In this document: one piece after another, positions 39,916-53,647 of the stretch
Layout of the letters: each line of letters begins with the position of its first letter
Numbering within the stretch: the first letter of the stretch is position 1
NCBI GenBank assembly: GCA_036172245.1
Contig: JAYWIR010000007.1
Coordinates: 2,418,001-2,482,000, forward strand
Direction of reading: 5' to 3'
Source: Raillietiella orientalis
Taxonomy: Eukaryota
Length of the DNA: 64,000 nt
Translations under genes and position numbers: made by a program
The notes under the pieces: model-generated
The model's input: the letters and a program-made list of their open reading frames with translations, nothing else
The model's database searches: none
Told to the model about the DNA's origin: nothing

Positions 39916-40525
39916 CTCTACCCAATTTACTGCCACATCATGGGGGCATGGATGGGCACACTTTATGCACTGCGAGCTTTCGCTGCTCGGATAAAAAGGG
40001 TTACCGACATCAACGCGGGCAAACAGAAACATTTGAATTATCCATAGAACTTTCTCGAGCTCCCTTTCGGAAAGCGATGGGCTTGTCTTCTTCCGGTTGG
40101 TCCCAGAGGAGGGATAACCGGCACTGTAAGCAGCTTCAATTAATGCCATAACCTTCAGATCTGGCTCAGGGCGGGTGGCGGTCAGCTGACGGCAGGAGAT
40201 TGTGTTTGTCTTTGGAATTAGGCCCCGGGAAGAAAAAACGTGCTGAAAATTGATTGCACGCACAGATTAATTCAGGACACATTCCCACAAAGGGTTCCCC
40301 CCCCCCCCCTTCTGTAGGAGTTGGAATGAAACTGCAATTAGAATACAATGTACTCCCAAACTTTTTCCACGCCGGTAGCTCATTTCGAGAAGTGCTTGAA
40401 AATGAGACAGTTGAATAGGGGTCACCTCGAGTTGGCCTCAACTAAAAGGTCCAAAGAAACTGAAAGATGAAAAAAATTGCCTGATTTTCTTTAAATGAAT
40501 GACAACGTTCTTTAGAAGAAGAAGG

Positions 40526-40528
<3 letters not shown>

Positions 40529-40574
<46 letters not shown>
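40529..40574. repeat. (AT)n microsatellite
   Basis: Read directly from the sequence. Confidence 0.95.
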
Positions 40575-40576
<2 letters not shown>

Positions 40577-41257
40577 CAGGTTCAAAGTCACATCCTTGAA
40601 ACCATCCATAAACAGATCCTACGTCCCATGAGTCATCAGAATCCGACACTACAGAATCCATCCGAATTGATAGTACACTACACTTAGATCTTTGAGGGAA
40701 GTCCGAGAAGCGATACAAATTGGGTGGAAATATCGGGTTAATAGCGCCCCTTTTTCACGATGACTCCTAGCATGCATGCAGCTCGTGATAGACAAAAATG
40801 ATTCCCACAGATGATTGATCCCGCAGATTCCAGCAACGGATACTTTTTGCGAACGAGCACTGCACAGGAATACCGGGAGTTGGTGAAGAAATCGTTAAAA
40901 AGGAGAATTATGCGTGATGGAAATTTTTTTGCGATGCAAACAAGTATTCGTCGGCCTGGCACATGGTTTCAGTGGCTGGACCCACCACGGAAGAGTAGAT
41001 GAAACGCCCAGGGCACAAAACAATTTACCTCGATTGTTTCGATGATGGGAAGGAAAAGGTCGACTTTCTCGGATTTCGTAGCAAAGACAGAGAAAATTTC
41101 TGAAAATCATGAAAGGGAGTAGCTGAATACATATGTAAGTACGTAGTCAGAACTAGGATCCAGGTGAGAGTTGTGAGTGATACAATAAGCGGATGTCCTT
41201 ACTGCAGATTTCCTGAAACAGTTCGAAAAATCTCAAACAGCAAGGATCCCGATTAAT

Positions 41258-41293
41258 ATAATAATAATAATGATGATGATGATGATGATGATG
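41258..41293. repeat. Compound (ATA)n(ATG)n microsatellite
   Basis: Read directly from the sequence. Confidence 0.9.
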
Positions 41294-41559
41294 GAGTCAT
41301 ATGGTGTGTGCATAACTTTGTCCCCTGATTTGCATCTTGCGCTGCGTCCTCGCCAGAAGATCAGAGCTCCGAAGATGCCAAATCTGAAGGCATCTGTAAG
41401 CTGACAACTCTGAACAACTACAATCGATCGCATGGAGGGCATCAACCAACAGCCCATAAAAAGAAAAAAAGGCACTTGACTGTAATTGAACAGTTAGCAG
41501 ACAAATAGAGCATCCGCATCCAGACAATCGGATGGAGATGCGGGAGGTGGCGGCACGTG

Positions 41560-43850
41560 TTCTGCGTTACCTAGGAAATCGTGGAGAAGTCAACGGGCAG
41601 CAAAAACTATTTCCACGAAAAGTGACGCGTCTCCGACTGATTGCCAGGGTAATTGCACTGGGAATTCACTGGAAGATTCTACAAATCGCAATTCGCTTGC
41701 GCACAAAATACTGATGCACCAATTGGAAATTGAAAAAGGAAAAAAAAAAAAAAAGAGAGAAAAACTTGGAGAAGCTGGACGGAGGAGAGGCGGATGCAAC
41801 TTGTTTTTTCCACGATACAAGCTTTGGTGCTCTGGATTCTCCGATGCAAGTACAGGATTTCCCAAAACGCTGTTCCACATTCCCTGCACTGATGGACACA
41901 TACGTGAAGACGCTTATGATAATCGAAATGAACTATGAGGTGCAACGTGCAAACCACTGGAAGCTTACGGGCCCACAGCCGTTCAAGTCGACAGATCGCC
42001 TCCTAGCAACCCTGAAAAATGAGTTGCTACGAGCTGCTGCTGTTCCTTTCTTCCTTTAACCCCCATGAGAGAACGAGTGATCACAAACAGGGTGTGAATG
42101 CTGCGCGCTTGAAGGAGTTTCGGAATAGTCAGAGTAAAAGACACAATATAAGCCGAGCATCGATACTTTGCTCGCTGCCCGTTGCTTTTCTGAATGATTC
42201 GATGCGAAATCCATCGGATGGAACAACCCAAGGGGTGCTCGATGGAAAGTTATCACTAACGCGAGTAAACCGATTTCGGTGGTCCGCGAGTGGCTTTTTG
42301 CGAGTCCGCGCGTCATCACGAGGGGATTCTTGAGGGTGCAACGAACATCAGGGATCTTGGAACATTTGCACTTGCATGGAGAGAGACAGAGAGAAAACTT
42401 TGAACCTCCGGCGAAAGTAGGCATCCACAGTGAATTGCGGTCGCTCCAAAGCACCTCTTCGACAACCGAGAATGGAAAGAAGTCGATGACTGACATCCCC
42501 CCCTTGGCTTTGTCTCGGAATTTTTTGTGGTCTTCTTTTGCACACGCAGTTCCCTATTGTGCAGTTCTTCTACCTCTTCTTCCGCTGTTTCAAAAAAGAC
42601 CACTCTTTTAAATTCAGCGAATTGCTAGAAGTCAATTGCAATTGCCCACTGCATCCGTGGCAAAAGCGCGCCAAGATTTTTTTTCCTACTTGTGAACCAG
42701 ATCTAAACAGCGCATTCGAAGAGGGAAAAGCAGCCGATTCTCTACCCAATCCTCCTGATCCTGACGTGAACTTTTGGGGAAACCCAGGGAACAAAACACT
42801 GCACGTCAAAAATAGGATAAGGCTGATGATGAAACTGAAACGCAAGAACTTCCGGAGAATTCAAAGAAACTTGCTCTTTCGAAAGAACAAAAACGAGGTG
42901 CTCCTTGATTTCCCGGAAATCCAAGATCTGGAACGAAGCTGTCCTATTGCCTTCACTCTAATAAATGATACGAACGATCGAGTGAATTAAAAAAGCGAAT
43001 GAAACAAGGGCTAAGTTATAATGATAAGTTGCTGGAAGCCTTCCGTTCGCTAGGAAAAAAAAATGAATACGTAACAAGTCACTATAACAACGCTAGCAAC
43101 TTAAATTATTACGATTCCCATGCGTTAACCGAGGGCTACTACCATTTCCCCGGCAAAATTTGCAAATCTGTCGAAACGCGGTCGGTCCAACTTAATCTCC
43201 AGTGCACCACAGTGTCCGGAATGGAAATCGATCTGCCTCTTCCCTAAAATCGAGATCACACGTACTGAACTGTAGAAACACTTCCTGGATTTTTTCCAGG
43301 GGACATTTGCTGTTACCGACGCATCCTACAGTAAACTTGGTTGTCGTGGGAACAGCATGAAATGATCTGCACAATACCTCCTTTTGCTTCGCCGCTTCCA
43401 AACGAAGCCAGAGCAGGGCTAGCACCCGCCGAAGCAGGTTTTGACATATGTGAAAACTGTAGGTGTGTAAAGGTACGTAGGTGATCCTCTTCCACGCAAC
43501 GATCCTGATGCCAATGAGTGTTCTAATAGTAATGGGCGGATGGCCGCGCTATTTTGACCTTCTCTAGCAAACATGATGACTTGATTATTTTGACGCTCCA
43601 CGTCTCTTTCTAATCCTCCTGAAATATCCCTTCTCAGATTTTGAAAGTAATTTTGATCTCTGTTCTGAGTACCAGACAAAAGATTCTTTATCCGAATCAA
43701 AATATCTCCTTCGCTAAGACCATCACTTTCCCGCAAAACGTTATTAATATCTCTAGCATTTTCCAGTGTCCAGAAGCCATAATTATAACCCTGAAAAAGG
43801 CAGACAAGAAGGTATCCTCATCGGCGAAGAAACAGGTGAGATGAGAGCTA
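41560..43850 (-). mobile_element. Old degenerate L1/Tx1-like LINE (RT region to 3' UTR)
   Basis: Remnants AAIRPLLL, LDFREEADRF and KAKGGMSVIDF in the expected order, followed by a T-rich tail. Confidence 0.5.
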
Positions 43851-43879
43851 AAATAGCAGTGGATGATGGAAACCCTTCT

Positions 43880-44620
43880 TTTCTGTCCTCGCAGTTCTTC
43901 GACACGGTTCCACGCCACCCGAGGGTGGGTAATTCTTCAAGATAGGGGGTACACCGGGAGGGGTCCGCCCTGTGAATCCAGGAAGGATTCGGAGTCCGTT
44001 CCTCTCACGCCTGGGGAGGGATCCCCGGAAATGGAGATCACCTCCACCCTGGTTGTCTCCGAAGAGGAACCCTGAAGGGAATCTCCTTCCTTATTCTCTC
44101 CGGAGGACCCCCGGAGGTCCGCTCCATTCTTTCTTCTCTGAAGGCAACCCGGAAAGGATCCGATCCTGGAATTTCTTCTCCGGAGGGATCCCCCTCAAGG
44201 GACCCGCTCCTGTTCTTAGTCCTCTGAAGAGAACCCCGAAGGGACGCTTCCGAAATTCAGAAGGGTGCTGCTTCCCCGAATGGATTGGCTCGCTTCTCTG
44301 AACTCTCTCTGAGAAAGTGGTGGCGACACACCTACTCCATCAGTCCGACGCGGAGGGTCCTCCCTGGGATGGGGGGTTCGCTCCTTCACAACCGGAGGGG
44401 ACCTCCCCATTCCTTGATTCCTGCAAGGACCCGGAGGTCGATCCCCGTTTGACCCGGCCCTCGGGGGCATCCGGTTTGAACCGCCACCAGTGCCGCACCC
44501 GGATGAATGCAGGCCCACCAGCGTCACCTTGTGGGTGCGTCGATTCCTTTCGGAGTATTCGAACCCACGACGCTTGGTGGTGCCACGCGCGGAGACCGTA
44601 GCAGCCACAGGGCCTCCGAG
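43880..44620 (+). mobile_element. LINE 5' region fragment with an internal ~42 bp tandem repeat
   Basis: About five units resembling ctgaagagaaccccgaaggg at ~44059, 44100, 44138, 44180 and 44224; homologous to 26700-26870. Confidence 0.6.
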
Positions 44621-46772
44621 GCGGGCGGCATGCCTATCTATGTTACAGCTGAAATAACTGGCCTTGTATGATGTATTCAACATGAATTAGATCACTTAAG
44701 CGCAACCGCTAGAGAAATTCGGAACTTGAAACCTAGACAAAGAAAAAAACGATCTCCACGAATAGAAAATGGATCTCGATGCAGACACGCAACTCTTCTT
44801 TGGCTGCTTGCAATGAACAGAAGACATGGGAGGCAACTGACTGCCACACCACGGAAGTAGGTGAAAGAAGACCTCTGGGAATTTCCGGACTTGTGGCGAA
44901 TCCGTTTTCACACTGCCAGTCTTATTGAAGGCTTACGTGAAAATAGGGTTTTTTGCAGGGATGGCCATTGATGAGAACACCGTCCAGTAGAAAAAGCATG
45001 CAATGAAAAACTTCCATCCGGACAACAAATAATGCTTAAGGCAGTTCGCATTCGCAGGAGAGTGATATGTGACATTGACGTCTGGACTTGCGAAAAACAT
45101 ATTAGATCAACATATTAGATCTTTTTTTTTTTTTTTTTCTTTCGACCATAATAGAGCTTTGACAAGAGGATTTCCCTGGCCAGAAGGGTCCACGGACGTT
45201 CGAAAGGAGCGCACGGTGTGGCACGCCGTTTCCGTGTGCTCCAGCTCGCAATTTGCAATCCAAAAACACGTGAGGAACGAGGATGCACAAAAGGAATTCA
45301 ACCCTTTATTCACCAAATCAATTACAGGAGTCGGGGGAGGCAAACAGCGTGGGGCTCTTTCCAGAACAGCAAGTTCAATCCGGTACAGCAAAAAAAAAAA
45401 AAAAAATCATCAGCGATCACGAAAATGCACCATAACAGATACGTATGCAAAACGGAGGGGGGCTGCCGTGTCTCTCATCGCCGGCCCACCCCCACGCTGG
45501 GGCCGCCGCGCTGCCCGGTGCCCAGGTGCGCGCCGCTCCCCGCAACGAGCGGATTTCGCAAAGCGTTCCACTCGGCGCGCGCGCGCACACACACACAAAA
45601 AAAGGCAAAAAAAAAAAGAAGAAACTCGATAAACATACCCAAGCCAGCTGGAATGGTCCACTTTCACGTGCCGGTGTGAATTACACGTGCTCACAACTGC
45701 AACAGTCGGAATAATCCTGAAATCGGAATCTGAAACATCCACCGGAATTCCAAGTAAAATTCGACGAACGACGCCCCGTAGGCGTACTGAGGTCTATCTT
45801 TAACGAGAATTTGCTTGCTGACGGCGCTGCAACGCACTGCGGATTGAAAACACAGTTCCCATACACTTTTTGGAAAACCAATATCGGAGACCCGAATTCG
45901 AGATGGCCCATGACAACAGCAAAGCTCCTTCGGGGAAGGGCCGTTTTTGTTGTCTTTGGGCTTGCCAATGCACGCAGAGTAAGCGAAGAAGGAAGAGGAA
46001 GCATTTACGAATCGAAATGAAAAACTCGAAAATTGCCGGAACTAGGCAGAAACGTTCCGAAAATAGGTTTCGCGGTGAAGCCTTTCACAACTGTACACTG
46101 GCATTGCATAGTACACAATCAAAATCTTAGGGGGCCAAGAATTAAAGAAATGAACCACATAAACGTAGCTGTGCTTGCAAAGTTTGGGCACAACAGCAGC
46201 ATAGGAGCAAAGTAGGAAAACGAAAAGCTCTTATGGGCACCGAGTATTCAAAGCTTCATAACGAAACGACAATACCTTTAACGAACAGAGAATACACTGC
46301 TCCTACAGTTTTAAATGTACTGCTAAAATAATCAGAAAAAGTTTCAGCTAAAACACAACTTGGAGATTTCTCTCTGGTAAGAATAGGAGGTCAGTAAGCA
46401 GGAAATTACAAAATTAATTTTATGGTCAAATTTGTGGCTGACCAGAACTGCAAGCTAAGGCACTGTTATTAAGGAAATAACCATTCCATGACTAGCAAAA
46501 CAGTTACCTATCCCATCCTTCTTAGAATACCCCTTCCCATCTGCATCATCAGACTCATAAGAAATGAAATAAACAACCACTGAAATTCTACTATTGATTC
46601 ACAACTGAGATTTGTGTTGCTGCTAGATTTACCTGAAAATTAAACATTGATTATGTAAAGGGAAAGGGAAATTCAAATACACAATGAAAAATAAACAGCC
46701 ATTCAGAATATTTTATTCCACAATTATTGCATCATATAATCATGGATTTCCTCTACAAATGAGTAATGCAGA

Positions 46773-49700
46773 TCAATTTTTGGATTCCTTGTCAAGATCT
46801 CCTTTTTTCAGTAGAAGCTGTGATATGGCCTCTTTATGATGCTTAATTTGGGATTCGTGATAACTGATTGATTCTTCAAAATGCTCTTTCATTTTCTCTA
46901 ATTGCTTCTTTTGCTAAAAGATTGGGCTGCTATAGATTTGGAAACTTAAATAATTATGATAAACACACTTGTGATAAGTATAAGTACTGTTTTACCCAAG
47001 TACCTCAAACAAAACAATAGTGGAGGAAGAAATGAGAATCAATCAGATGGGGCACATCTATTATTAGAATGAAAATTATTGATTATGTTACCAATTTGTC
47101 AAATGCAGATGTAATTGGGCAAAAAAAAAAAAAAAGGCATTTTGCAAAAGCAGATTAGACAAAATTAACAGAGTAAAAGGAATCAACCTATCATTCCAGG
47201 AAGTGCTTCAGATAATCATCATTTGATTTTTTTCCAAACATTTACAATCATAAATATCCAACAATTGAGACATTTTATTAAAGAGCAATGAATAAAACTA
47301 TGAGGAAAACATGTATCCAGTTTTCAATAGAATGAGTTGAAAATAAGTATCTATGCAGCTATACTTCACAAAAAATTTTCACTTTCTTAACTTAAACAAA
47401 TATTTCAGTGAAATTATCGCAAAGAGAAGAAAATCAACTGAACATACAAGCTGTGCCCAAAAAGCTCTACATATAAGATCCAAGAAATCAATGCACTATA
47501 ACATCTCGTTTCAGAAATTTAATATACTTAAACAAATATAAAACATTAAGATATTTTATAGCAATTGATTCCACTAAAACATCAAACCCAAAATCTACGG
47601 AAGTATGAGAAAAAATACATCAAAACTGGTTCTTCTGTAGAAATGCAAACTCATCAAATATTGCTCAATGCGTTAAAACATTTTTATTTTTCACTGTTCA
47701 ACTTGACATTTTCCAAAGCAAATCCTTTACAACACAAAAATGGGAATAAGCAATGTACAATTAAATATTAAAATAAACCGCACTCTAAACTTTTACCTCT
47801 CTACGAAAATATTCTTCTTCTCTTGCAACTTCCATTTTTCCAAAGGCTCCACCAGCTTCTCTGATGGAGCCACCACCTCCTCCTCCTTTACCTGCACCTG
47901 ATCCCCATTCTCCACAATACATTCTGGAACTATTCACAACTTTAACATCAGTCACTTTTCCCTTCCATATAATTATGAATACGGACTCAGAAAAGCGAAA
48001 CTTTGTTTTTAGTGTGCAAGATACTTTAAATTCATAACAAAGCATTTGCCAGTCAGGCCATAATGCTTAAGTAAAATTCCTTCTCAAATCAAATTCCCAT
48101 ATACGTATTTACTAAGCAATGTAATGTAGCAATGATCATTTTTCTGAAGCTTCTGCGTACTCAAGATTGTAAACAATCAATTATTTTACCATCTTTTAGA
48201 TGATTATGCATAAAGTGGTACAAAGCTTTTTAGATTCCAATTAAATCTCACATTCTCACTACAGACTATTTTGAGATATTTGCTTTCTAGCTATTCCACT
48301 GAAATGGCAGGTTAAATGGTCACATTTTTTTTAAAGAAATGCTGCTTCTGGAATCTGTCATAATGTTTAAGTATTTCATATATTTTTGATGCATTAGTGC
48401 CATCCAGGTATAAAATTTATCATCATTCTACAGCATTACTGAAATAAAAAGCTTCACAGATAACACAGACTCCAAGATGCAAATTAGGCTATCACAAGAA
48501 GCTTGAAACAAACAGTATAATTAACTTTTGTTTCCTGTAATTTCATTCTGGAGCATATGGTTAGCCCATAAGTCCAATAATCTGTTCATTTACTTGAGGC
48601 ACACTTTTGGCATTTTATTTAAACTAAAGGGAAAGATAGTGAAAATGCATAGAATAAGTTTTTAAGTGACTGCAGCAGTACTAAGAGATTCTTAAATGAC
48701 ATGAAATGCCAATTTACAATCTTCAGGCATTAAATGGCTACGAATCTGAGAACCACTAACATAAAATGCCACACGCTACATTAAGGAGAAATGAAACTAG
48801 GGTGAAATTGCAACTTATCATTAGTTACCAAAATCATAATTATTGTATTATAACATGAATATTCAAAAGTTATCCTTTTAGAAGTCCCAGTAAACCGGAT
48901 CATAGATTATACTACTCATCTTCCGATTGCTTCTTACACAAGCACATCATCAATGGAGTTGTACTTGGAACTTCAGTGCTCTGTCATGCTAATATAATGA
49001 ACTTCGTTGACTATAATGTAACAAAGGATCACAGAACTGTACAAATACTTATTCACTTTAGGTGTGTATGTATTTCTCTGCGAAATACATACACAAGAAA
49101 TGTGTATTTCCTTAAATTTTTTGAATTTTAAGATGGTTTTTAACTATGGCAATGGAGCTTTTTGGGGTTCTTGCATATTCATTTGATAAACATGCCTGTT
49201 AAAATATGAATAAAACAATAACTGCGACCACAAATTAGAAGAATGTGAAAACCGCACAACTGAATAGAAACAAGGATCTCCATTGGTAGTGAACATTTAT
49301 TTCTTTTGGGTGTACAGGATGTTTACTACAAAAGTCTCATCAACATAAAATTACTCTTTACAAAAATAATTCGACCACACACATTTCACTTGCTATACTA
49401 TATTCAATATTCCACTGATTTGAGGAGGCTGAGCAAAATGCTATTGTAACTTTGAATGTTCTTTACGATCATAAAACGTAAATGCGCTCGCTGAAGGTAA
49501 ATGGTATTGGGGGCTATTTACACATTTGTACACAGAGGACACAAAATGCGATAAATCAGAACTACCTAAACACTTAAATACTGGAAATATAACCCTAGGG
49601 TATTGAACCTTGCTTAAATCAACGGTCCACTTCAACAACAAGAAAAAAAAAACGCTCTCAATACGGAATTCGGCTTAATTCAACAGCTACTTGAATATGT

Positions 49701-49928
49701 ATTACAAAGCTCAAACCAGCAGTGCAAACCCATTGAGAAATGCAAAAAAATTTTAGATTTCTATTAATAAAACTAATTTCAAAAATACTTCACTTAATAT
49801 ACACTAAAATCAGAGACTACACAAAGGAGAATACATTTTTAACATAATACTAAATTTTTCAATTACCATTTCAGAAATTGGTATCTTGAATAAAGTAAGC
49901 AAGAATTCCTAAAGGAATTAAACATCAT
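46773..49928 (-). CDS. ATP5IF1: Mitochondrial ATP synthase inhibitory factor 1 (IF1); exons 49928-49867, 47929-47797, 46913-46773; about 111 aa
   Basis: [35 protein letters not shown] is the IF1 inhibitory segment, followed by a His-rich coiled coil ([21 protein letters not shown]). Exon 1 ([21 protein letters not shown]) is inferred from its presequence-like composition and phase fit, so it is less certain than exons 2-3. Confidence 0.9.
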
Positions 49929-52900
49929 GTACGTCGCAATTATCAGGGCTTGAATGAATACCAAATACGAATGGTAGCAAATATATAATTCGAGCTTGCT
50001 ACATGGGGCGGAAAATTTCCGTAGATAATGATGATTCCGTCACATAGAGAAATATAAGTTATTAGGAGAAACTGAATAATATTAATAGTTTTAAAAGCAG
50101 AAATCCAACAGACTTTTGAAAGATATTTATAGCAAGAAACGCAGAGTACTAAGACAGCAATAAGTTAATAATGTTGCCAAGTCAGAAGATCCTTATAAAT
50201 ACTTTTGCTCCAATGTAAGTTTATTTTTTGTTTTTTGCTTTTATCAGTAGAAACATGATTGTATGCAGAAGCATCTATGTGTTTGTGGAGATACAATCCT
50301 GTTAGTGACATGTTATCTCTTTTGTAATATGAAAATATAGGGACATTAATTAACTTCTAGCAAACTAAAATTAATTATGACCACTTCTGAGGCACTGACG
50401 AGACAATGCTTCATTGAGTTAGAGATTCAAACTGCGCGAAACTTTTTGCAAAACTGAAAAAATGAATTCATCGGGGAGGGAGGGGACGATGTAAAAAAGC
50501 CAACTAGTCTCGAGGAGATATACTTCATTGTGGTCGAGGCATCCACTTTGCATACTAATTTTCATGTTTCAAGCGGAGAAAATAGTCCTCATGTTATGAC
50601 CATCAAACGGTTCTCTTTCAGAAATATCAACATTTGGTATCAGCATAGCTTGCAAAAAAATGGGAAAATTAACGAGTGAAAATACTGCTGGCCTCTAAGC
50701 ATAGATAAGAAACATTTGTTACCCATTTAGTTTAATATAAAAATCTTCGCTTACTATAAATTTCAGAATTTCTAAATATTATATTTTTCAAATAATTGAA
50801 GACATTTTAATCATGCATGAGATGCAGAGTTATCGAAAGTTACTTATAAACAACAATTAATTTTTGCAATATTTCTGCTTTGATTATCTCCTTAAATAAG
50901 TAGAAAGCGTAGAACTTTGAGCTACTAGAAAAGGAAGCTCCACGCTCCCATCTAGAAGCAAAAATAATTGAAAGGAAGCCTGAAATGCTCTTTTTTTTTT
51001 TTTTTTTTTGCAATGAGACTACAAAAAATAATTTTACCTCAATAGGACTTCATTCATTAAAATTAATTGATTATCAATGAATTTTTGAGGCATCAAAGGA
51101 AAGAACGGTTACTACTTGTCTATACTAATCAAAGAAAATGGAAATGAAAGAATAGTTTTATGATGCTTAATATTTTTTGCTTTCTGATACAGAATGTAGA
51201 TGTTATACGCATCTACATCATGAATGGAAATGAATATTGTATTGCAATTTATATCATTTAGAAGGAAGGATCAAGTGGGGTGTAGGAATCCTAATCATGA
51301 GAATCTCTAGCTCCTTCTGGTGATTCAAATTTGTGACGAGACAAATCTTAAGAAATTGTTCTGTTCTTCTCTTGTAACATGGAAATTGCACTCTGAGAAC
51401 TAGTCCAAATTTCTTCAATGGTATACGCTTAGATATGAGTTGTCAACAATATTAACTGAGAGGTATCATTACAGTCATGATTCTCTTCTTTCACCTTCGA
51501 AATTTTGGGGCCAGATAAATCAGTCTATATCAATCCCACTAGAAACTTTTAATGATGTAAGATTTCCACTGTTATCGTCAGAGCATTTCCCATATTTGAA
51601 CAATGTATCCAGTTCTTCCAGTATGACATGTCCCAATCTCAACTCGCTGTAAAAACGAAAATATAATGATCATGATGAAGATTCCCATTTCAATATCTCT
51701 ACGAAGCTGCAAAAAAAAAAAAAATCCTGCAGTGTCTTTCCCACAGATTCTAGATCTACCGAAAATCGCGATAGAAATGCGGAAGCTCATGTTGATATAT
51801 GCAGATAGCGGTTTTTGGCAAAAAGTAACGATCATATGACGGAATCGATCCTTCTGTGTGTGTGTGTGATGGCTCTAGAGAGAGATACACTTTTACAAAA
51901 ACAATGATAAATGAGATTGATAATTTTTTGCTAATATTTTCCTTTTTCAGAATGCACTTCTCGGTAATTCTTCTTAATTCTTCTTACATGCATGATAAAG
52001 TCAACGAAAGAAATAAAAAGGAATAGGTCAGCTCTCTATCATATCAACAGATAAAGATTCTTTCTCCGTTGATAAAGAATCGACCTACTCCTTTATAATA
52101 ATTGCTAGATGAAAGTGTGTATTTGCTTGTTTTGGTTATTTGAAACAAGCAGGAAACCTACCTAAATATTGATGCATGGGTATAATTGTATACTAACTTT
52201 ATTTCGAAATTATGTTTTATTCAGCTTTAACTATTAGCATCACGCCCGGTACTTTTGAAAGTCCCGTGTTCCTGTTTGGAATATGCCTCAGTGTTGCATG
52301 CATGAAATGAAATCAGAATAATCATCCTCACAGCCATAAAGTGTAATGTTTGTTTACGTGCACTTTTATGAGCAGCAATTTCAGGATTCATGATTGATGA
52401 GTGTTTTCATGATTAATGAATCATTTTCTCATGATGATAGATCAGTGCTACCAAAGCATGGCTAACAAAAAACTGATTTTTTTATTGCTCTATAAAAAAA
52501 TGCTACAGAATTCATATGTTTGTTCGAATATTCAATCGGGTGAATGAGAAACCGAACGCAATTCGATTGAATGTCATTTTCAAATTTAGTATGAACACTC
52601 TCCCAGAAAACATTCACACCATGGAAATAAGGGAATGTTATTTTTGTTCGTTTCAATAAACACAGTAATAAAAATCTGTAAGTCTCGAACGAATGAAATG
52701 ATTTGATTTTATGCAATCTTTGATATTTTCCTCCAAAACAATCCACAAATTTAGGATGTCGAATGGACGTTTGAATATTTGAAGCTGTTCTATAATTACC
52801 GTGGCTGCTAAGTGAGCAATATTCCAATCCTTCTCTACTGATATGAAATTTCTTTAATATTTAATTCAGGAAGTACTTCCTAGCGCAAGATTTTAGACAG

Positions 52901-53336
52901 TTCTCCACTCATAATTATGTGAAAATGTTCTTTATTTCAGAATTTCTCGAAAGGAGCTTTTTGAATTTTTCCGACGTTTATTTTTTTAAATAAAGTTTTA
53001 TGAGTACCAATTCTGAATTGCGTGCTCCGTAAACCTTAGCTTTGCGTATTAATAGGGCTTTCAATTGGTCAAATTAACATGAGTGAAAGCAACTCCTAGA
53101 TGAAAACAATCTGCAACTAAGATATCCTTGGATAGACTACGCATAAAAAAACTCTAATTTTCAATGATTTGTTTTTTATCATGTGAATTTTCCGTACAAC
53201 TTACTCTCGTTTTCTAGTTTTGAGGAATCATTTCTCAGATGCTAAACGTCTTACAGGACTGCTTATTCAGTGATGACGTCAGGTGATCTTCAAAGTCTAT
53301 TCAAAAGGCATTGAACTGTTTCGATGATACCCTACA

Positions 53337-53647
53337 CGGGCGTTTCCCTAACTGTGTTCCCCGGAACACTGGTGTTCCGCGGAAAGTCAATAAGTGTTCC
53401 TTGGAAAATTACGAAAATTAATATATTTCAAAGGCTATCAAGTTTATTCTTACTATGTTCATGTGTTTTGTTTTACGTAATTAAAATTGGAGAACGAATG
53501 TTTTGCTTTGTTTCCTAAACTCTTATATTTACTTGCTTAGTTTATTTATTATTAATTTCTACCTACCCAATAAAATAACCAAAGTCTTCCGTTGACATTT
53601 CGGGATTTGTGGAGTGTTCCGTCACAGGGAAAGTTTGGGAAAGCCTG
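53337..53647. mobile_element. hAT/Charlie-like non-autonomous DNA transposon (MITE)
   Basis: Imperfect terminal inverted repeats cgggcgtttccctaac / gtttgggaaagcctg, repeated subterminal gtgttcc motifs, the palindrome ggaacactggtgttcc and an AT-rich core. No clean target-site duplication. Confidence 0.55.

Noticed and set aside
44040..44250. Periodic repeats as a CRISPR array
   Set aside because: Units are degenerate with no unique spacers, there are no cas genes, and the context is eukaryotic.
44545..44575. tRNA T-arm/B-box-like gtcgtgggttcgaat on the minus strand (similar at ~12535 and ~28600)
   Set aside because: No cloverleaf or A-box could be built, and it lies inside the LINE family sequence.
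47930..48045. ORF-track start MLCYEFKV as the IF1 N-terminus
   Set aside because: It reads through an acceptor region and does not look like a presequence; the exon at 49928-49867 fits better, though this is not proven.
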